From assembly GCF_050596425.1 (NCBI RefSeq), contig NZ_CP192292.1, positions 1,287,987 through 1,351,986 of the forward strand: a DNA stretch of 64,000 nucleotides, read 5' to 3'. Shown in pieces: positions 58,987 to 64,000 of the stretch; the first letter of the stretch is position 1, and every line of letters begins with the position of its first letter. The translations under genes and the position numbers were made by a program. The notes below the pieces were generated by a model. That model saw nothing but the letters and a program-made list of their open reading frames with translations. It did not search any database and was not told the origin of the DNA. This stretch comes from Fusibacter sp. JL216-2 (GTDB taxonomy: Bacteria; Bacillota; Clostridia; Peptostreptococcales; Acidaminobacteraceae).

Positions 58987-59073
58987 GAGCGACTTGCAAT
59001 ATCATTCAAGAATCCTCATTGCACCCTCTATAGATATTTGCGAAACAACAATTGTGTATCGGGTACGACGAGG
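58987..59073. repeat. nested-palindromic intergenic repeat, copy D (left arm plus diverged core)
   Basis: GAGCGACTTGCAATATCATTCAAGAATCCTCATTGC...TACGACGAGG, immediately after the mobA terminator. Confidence 0.6.
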
Positions 59074-59434
59074 AAAGACAAGAACTTTTAAAGAGTCTGT
59101 TTGAGCGAAATCTCAGCGGGCTCTTTTTCTGTGCGGTTTGATCAGTGGTATGACACAAGGGCTTAAGAGTTCGTCTTGTGTTGATTGGAGGATATGCAAG
59201 GTTTGCATAAAAATACAACTTTCGCATAAAGCTATACAAAATATGTAAATTGCAAAACAAATGTGGCTAGGAAAGCGTTTTCGTCTAATTTGAAGGAAAG
59301 AAATAGCTTTTTAGCAAAAATAAATTCAAAAAAAATTAAAAAAACTATTGAAATAAAAAAAGACATATAGTATAGTTAATAAAAATTATGAATAAAAATT
59401 CACAAAAACTTATAAAAAAACGGAGGGGTATGAA

Positions 59435-60265
59435 ATGAAAAAATGGTTTGTACTTTTAATGACAACAATTCTTATGGTAACAGCTTTTACAGGGTGTGCT
59501 TCACAAACGCAAACAGAATCGGAAGGGCAAGAAACAGAAACCAAGCAAGTGATTAAGGTCGGGCTTGATGACGCTTATCCGCCTTTTGAATACCATGACG
59601 AAGCAACGAATGACTTGATTGGTTTTGATATTGATTTTGCCAAGGCTCTTGGAGAAGAAATGGATGCAGAAATTGAGTTTGTTCCAACCGCGTGGGATGG
59701 TATTTTCAATGGTCTGAATACTGGGCAGTACGATATGATCATTTCCTGTGTGAGCATTACTCCAGACCGTATAGAAGCTTTTGAAATGACCAAGCCATAT
59801 TTGGCAAATGGCATTGTCATTGTTTCAGCAACAGGGGGGCAAGAAGCAGCAACCATTGAAGATTTAGCTGGTAAAAAAGTAGGTGTTCAGCTAGAAACCA
59901 CAGCAGATATTGCTGCTAAAAAGTTTATTGAAGAAGGCTATGATCTCTCTTTATCGCAGTTTGACTCTGTTATGGAGGCGTTTGCTGCCCTAAAGGGTGG
60001 TTCAATAGAATATATTCTGGTTGATAGTTCAGTGGGAGGCTTTTATATTTCAAATGATCCAGAATCCTTTGAAATCACATCAGGACTATTGTCAAACGAA
60101 CCCATTGGCGTGAGTATTGCCAAAGGCAATGAATCTTTGGCAACAAGCGTGAATGAAGCCATTGCCTCATTACAGGAAAGTGGAAAAATGACTGAGATTT
60201 CTCAAAAATGGTTCTCAGCAGACTTTGCAACAAAAATTGATGAAGAGATTAAGGTGATTGAGTAG
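59435..60265 (+). CDS. polar amino-acid ABC transporter substrate-binding lipoprotein
   Basis: Lipobox FTGCASQ. Paralog of the 7658 SBP. Confidence 0.85.
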   Translation: MKKWFVLLMTTILMVTAFTGCASQTQTESEGQETETKQVIKVGLDDAYPPFEYHDEATNDLIGFDIDFAKALGEEMDAEIEFVPTAWDGIFNGLNTGQYDMIISCVSITPDRIEAFEMTKPYLANGIVIVSATGGQEAATIEDLAGKKVGVQLETTADIAAKKFIEEGYDLSLSQFDSVMEAFAALKGGSIEYILVDSSVGGFYISNDPESFEITSGLLSNEPIGVSIAKGNESLATSVNEAIASLQESGKMTEISQKWFSADFATKIDEEIKVIE

Positions 60266-60287
60266 GCAATTTAAAAGACACTTCAAA

Positions 60288-60316
60288 GTGACCTGCCCCG
60301 TGGTGGGTCACTTTTC
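60288..60316 (+). terminator. intrinsic terminator after the amino-acid SBP gene
   Basis: GTGACC-TGCCCCGTGGTG-GGTCAC followed by TTTTCT. Confidence 0.65.
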
Positions 60317-60321
60317 TAATC

Positions 60322-60437
60322 AAGCGACTTGTAAAATGGCATTCAAGAATCCTCATCATAAAATATATGGATATTTAAGAATCAAACGTTCTATATATGT
60401 TATGACGAGAATGTGGATATGGAATTTCGCAAGCGCC
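60322..60437. repeat. nested-palindromic intergenic repeat, copy E (full length)
   Basis: AGCGACTTGTAAAATGGCATTCAAGAATCCTCATCATA...ATATTTAAGAATCAAACGTTCTATATATGTTATGACGAG...AATTTCGCAAGCGC. Lies between the SBP terminator and the permease gene. Confidence 0.75.
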
Positions 60438-60509
60438 TGAATCAAGAAGTTCATATATCATATTCAAATCAGATCATAATTATAGGATTATCAAACGGGA
60501 GGACAATCC

Positions 60510-61169
60510 ATGCTAAATCCAGTACAGATTGAAGCCATACTAAAAGGAACAGGATACACCATCGTCATAGCCGTTGTCGCAGTACTTGTGGGTATTGTAT
60601 TCGGCATGGTTGTAGCGATTGGAAGAATATCAAAAAACAAACTTGTAAATAAAGTGGCCTGGATCTATGTATGGTTTTTTAGAGGCACACCGCTCTTATT
60701 ACAGCTTTTTATGATTTTTTATGCCATGCCCCTCATCATGAAAGATGTTTTTGGAAGACCCTTTCCAATGGAGCCCCTGGTGGCTTGTTTTATAGCATTT
60801 TCATTGAATTCGACAGCCTATCTTGCAGAGTTTTTCAGGGCAGGCATTGAGTCGATTGACAGTGGACAGATGGAAGCAGCCAAGGCTCTTGGAATGAGTT
60901 ATAACCAAGCTATGTTTCAAATAATTATACCGCAATCATTCAAAAGGTTACTGCCATCGGTTGGCAATGAGTTTATCATGCTGATTAAAGACACGTCGCT
61001 GGCATCAACGGTTGCTATATCTGACCTGCTCAGAACCACAAAGACAATGAGTAGTTCTTCGGGAAAGTGGATCTACTATGTTTATGCGGCAGCTGTTTAT
61101 CTGGTCTTGACATCGATTATACAATTTGGGTTTGAAAAGTTAGAGAAGAAGGTGGGCGTGTATGAGTAA
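60510..61169 (+). CDS. amino-acid ABC transporter permease
   Basis: His/Glu/Gln/Arg/opine permease family; EAA loop. Confidence 0.85.
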   Translation: MLNPVQIEAILKGTGYTIVIAVVAVLVGIVFGMVVAIGRISKNKLVNKVAWIYVWFFRGTPLLLQLFMIFYAMPLIMKDVFGRPFPMEPLVACFIAFSLNSTAYLAEFFRAGIESIDSGQMEAAKALGMSYNQAMFQIIIPQSFKRLLPSVGNEFIMLIKDTSLASTVAISDLLRTTKTMSSSSGKWIYYVYAAAVYLVLTSIIQFGFEKLEKKVGVYE

Positions 61170-61935
61170 GGGAACTAAAGAAATGATAAAGGTTACAAAT
61201 GTCCATAAATATTTTGGAGATCTTGAAGTCTTAAAAGGTATAGATTTTTCTGTGGCAGAGAGTGAAGTTGTTTGTGTCCTCGGGGCAAGTGGTTCTGGAA
61301 AGTCCACCCTGCTTAGATGTTTGAACCATCTTGAAAGAATCACATCGGGAGAAATATATATTGATGGAGAACTGGCAGACAAACGTCAGGCAGATAAAGA
61401 CCTTATTGACATCCGACCAGAGCATGCCCAGGTTCTTTGTATGAAGCTCGGAATGGTCTTTCAAAGGTTTAACTTGTTTCCCCATTTAACAGCTGTTGAA
61501 AATGTCATGAAGGCGCCTATGCTTGTAAAAAAAGTTAAGGAGTCACAGGCGCGTGCCCATGCTATGGAACTTCTTAAAACAGTTGGCCTTGAAGACAAAG
61601 CCCACGAGTATCCTTCCAGACTCTCGGGAGGCCAGCAGCAAAGGGTTGCCATTGCAAGAGCCCTTGCGATGAAACCTAAAATTATGCTCTTTGACGAACC
61701 CACTTCAGCCCTTGATCCCGAACTTGTTGGCGAGGTGCTTGAGGTTATGAAAAAATTGGCTCAAGATGGAATGACCATGATTGTTGTCACCCATGAGGTG
61801 GGCTTTGCAAGAGAAGTGGGAGATAGGGTTGTATTTATGGATGGTGGCGTGATTTGTGAGGAAGGAAGCCCATCGGAAGTTATTGACAATCCAAAGGAAG
61901 AGAGAACGAAAAGCTTTTTTAGCAAAATACTATAA
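61162..61935 (+). CDS. amino-acid ABC transporter ATP-binding protein
   Basis: Walker [10 protein letters not shown], signature [15 protein letters not shown]. Confidence 0.9.
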   Translation: MSKGTKEMIKVTNVHKYFGDLEVLKGIDFSVAESEVVCVLGASGSGKSTLLRCLNHLERITSGEIYIDGELADKRQADKDLIDIRPEHAQVLCMKLGMVFQRFNLFPHLTAVENVMKAPMLVKKVKESQARAHAMELLKTVGLEDKAHEYPSRLSGGQQQRVAIARALAMKPKIMLFDEPTSALDPELVGEVLEVMKKLAQDGMTMIVVTHEVGFAREVGDRVVFMDGGVICEEGSPSEVIDNPKEERTKSFFSKIL

Positions 61936-62202
61936 GTGTCAAATTGTAGTGATTTCAAGGCTTGTATCAATACAGTTCTAATTATGTTGACTGAAATTAA
62001 ATAATTTCTTGTAATTTCGACAATTTTCGCGTATAATAATATTAGAAATTGTTGAGATTGGGTACGAAATAGGAAATATGTACTCATAGAAATCGATCAA
62101 ACATTTAAATTATATATGTCATTGCAAAATTACTTTACACATCACACCACATATTGCAATCATCGCAGCAACCCGATTTCAGCGATTGAATGAAACGAAA
62201 CC

Positions 62203-62232
62203 AAAACCTCCATCTTAAGATGGAGGTTTTTT
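62203..62232 (+). terminator. strong intrinsic terminator in the 575-bp intergenic region
   Basis: AAAACCTCCATCTT-AAGATGGAGG followed by TTTTTTT. Confidence 0.8.
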
Positions 62233-62510
62233 TATGATAAAGGCTCTTCTCTTCAATGATATTTCACAAGTCGCTCATGTATTAACTTTTTATCTCCTTT
62301 ATAAAAAGTTTATTATTTCATCCCTTATGGAAAGACGCCCCTGTAAATTGGGTATAAACCTAATAATGTAAGAAAAGCAGGTCAGAATCTATCAATTTAG
62401 TTGAAATTTCAAGTGTTATAAACTTATAATGTTGTATAGGGACACTAAATAAAATTGAGCATCAGACAAAACTGTAAATCGGGGAATATGTTTCGGGAGT
62501 GGAGATCATA

Positions 62511-64000
62511 ATGAAGTTAAGGGATGTATCATTAAGAACAGCGGTTATATTACCGACAGTGATAATTATGTTAGCCATTTTGGCTCTTTTTGTCGTGCTT
62601 AACACAAGGGACTATGAGTTTCTAGCAGAAGAACAGGGGTCAAGAATACTGGATGCCTTATATAGGAATACGGAGCAGCGATTAAGCGCTCTTCTTGTTG
62701 AGCCGATGCGGGCCAATGCATTTTATAAGGATTATATTACCAGAGAAATATTGTATGACTATCAGGATCTTGAAGAGGTCGAAAAATATACACTGGATTT
62801 CATGACACAGCTCAGAGAGACCCTCCCTCAAGTCAGTGTGATCAGCTATGGAGATGAGCTTGGAAATTACTTGGGCTACAGATTAAACGAAGACGATATG
62901 TATGGTCTCATGTTGAAAGATGCGCGTACAAATTTTGACTTGAACATATATGCAGGCCAAACCATTGATACAGAACTGCTTGCAGGTTTTAAAGATTATG
63001 ATCCAAGAACCCGACCTTGGTATTTGCCTGCAAAACTTGATCCGACAGATCGGTGGTCAGATGTCTATGTAAATTATGATGAAAAAATGGAACTTGCTAT
63101 CACAACATTTGTTCCCTTTTATAATGATAAAGAAGCGTTTACAGGTGTCGTTGGCATTGATGTGAAGTTAAACATGATCAATGATTTTCTCATCGCAGAG
63201 GATATGAAAGGCAATGGCGTCATTTATATAGTTGATGAAGACTGGAACATTTTGTCTCATTCTCTTAATACAGATTTTGTAAAAGTTATCGAAGGCGACC
63301 CGCCAAGCGCAGTCATGCTTTCCGCTTTGGAGGCAGAAAATCCTCTGATCCGCCAAAGTGCGGAGTTTATACGAGATCAAGAGACCAAGTCAGGAGAGGT
63401 GCAACAAATTTATGTTGACGGGCAGAGGTATTTTACTATGGTTTCTCCTTTGAAAGACCCTGAGGGGCTTGACTGGAATATTGTTGTGACCATACCTGAA
63501 AAAGATATTCTTGGAGCTGTCAAAGAGAGACAAAACACAACCCTAAGAGTGATTTCACTGTTTCTTGTTGTCGCTATGGTTGGTGCCATGTACCTATTGT
63601 CAAAAATAACAAAGCCCATTCTACAAAGTTCGGAAGCGGCACTGCAATTGTCAGAAGGGGACTTTGAAACAAAACTGGATATAGATGGTTTGCAGTTGTA
63701 TGAGACAAAAGAGCTGGTTATTGCTTTTAACAACATGTCTGACAAATTGAAAAATTATTTTAGCAGAATAAAGAAAAGTGAAACCAAATATAGGTCGTTA
63801 ATAGAAAATGTTGATGACATGATATACAGCATTTCAAAAGATGGCATATTCTTATCAATGAATAACAGTTTTGAAGAGGCCCTTGATATTAAAGCGGATA
63901 GCCTTATTGGAAAGCCCTTTACTGAAATTTTTACAAGTGATGATGCGATGAACTACTGGCTTAAAATGTATCATGAAGTCTTACAGAGTAAGGAAACGAT
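62511..64000 (+). CDS. membrane sensor protein (TM - dCache-like - TM - HAMP - PAS ...), 3'-truncated at window end
   Basis: GGAG RBS then ATG. The frame stays open to the window end. Second TM around aa 350, HAMP-like region, PAS (NVDDMIYSISKDGIF...). Confidence 0.6.
   Translation, partial: MKLRDVSLRTAVILPTVIIMLAILALFVVLNTRDYEFLAEEQGSRILDALYRNTEQRLSALLVEPMRANAFYKDYITREILYDYQDLEEVEKYTLDFMTQLRETLPQVSVISYGDELGNYLGYRLNEDDMYGLMLKDARTNFDLNIYAGQTIDTELLAGFKDYDPRTRPWYLPAKLDPTDRWSDVYVNYDEKMELAITTFVPFYNDKEAFTGVVGIDVKLNMINDFLIAEDMKGNGVIYIVDEDWNILSHSLNTDFVKVIEGDPPSAVMLSALEAENPLIRQSAEFIRDQETKSGEVQQIYVDGQRYFTMVSPLKDPEGLDWNIVVTIPEKDILGAVKERQNTTLRVISLFLVVAMVGAMYLLSKITKPILQSSEAALQLSEGDFETKLDIDGLQLYETKELVIAFNNMSDKLKNYFSRIKKSETKYRSLIENVDDMIYSISKDGIFLSMNNSFEEALDIKADSLIGKPFTEIFTSDDAMNYWLKMYHEVLQSKET

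Overview
This 64 kb window reads as a low-GC (about 42%) Firmicutes/Clostridia-type chromosomal segment. Coding density is high and almost all long genes are on the + strand. I found no rRNA, tRNA, CRISPR array, transposase or integrase. Main modules, in order: (1) a 5'-truncated solute-binding protein followed by a Cache-type sensor with a degenerate GGDEF (SGDEF); (2) a MerR regulator, GNAT, alpha/beta-hydrolase and an EamA transporter; (3) a DUF523/TudS-like Fe-S protein and a polar amino-acid ABC transporter; (4) a thiol/peroxide-stress locus on the minus strand and downstream: glutathione peroxidase, an OhrR-like MarR regulator, and a CoA-disulfide reductase with two rhodanese domains; (5) a 903-aa TetM/EF-G-family translational GTPase carrying a C-terminal Rae1/YacP-type NYN ribonuclease domain. 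This is the most unusual gene in the window; (6) a c-di-GMP/phosphorelay hub: a receiver-GGDEF protein, a 1456-aa multi-PAS/GAF hybrid histidine kinase, an ankyrin protein and a Cache-PAS-GGDEF sensor; (7) an alternative (siroheme-dependent) heme biosynthesis cluster: two NirJ-like radical-SAM/SPASM enzymes plus an AhbA/AhbB pair; (8) an NfeD-like gene and a flotillin gene followed by a roughly 1670-aa coiled-coil AAA+ protein. That protein is split by a -1 frame change exactly at a C-AAA-AAG slippery heptamer; (9) an AraC regulator plus a Fec-type ferric-siderophore ABC transporter with two downstream Cys-rich/unknown genes; (10) an NMT1/TauT-type ABC transporter; (11) an orphan 321-aa Panacea (DUF4065) protein next to thyA-folA; (12) a stand-alone EF-G paralog; (13) a molybdenum cofactor / molybdate transport cluster (moeA-moaC-modB-modC::mobB-moaA-MOSC-modA-mobA) behind a 240-nt leader; (14) a second amino-acid ABC transporter and a 3'-truncated Cache/HAMP/PAS sensor. 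Two other observations stand out: a previously unannotated family of about 115-bp nested-palindromic intergenic repeats with five copies, two of which bracket the peroxide/thiol-stress locus, and a perfect 12-bp x4 tandem repeat inside the 5' end of a Cys-rich gene.
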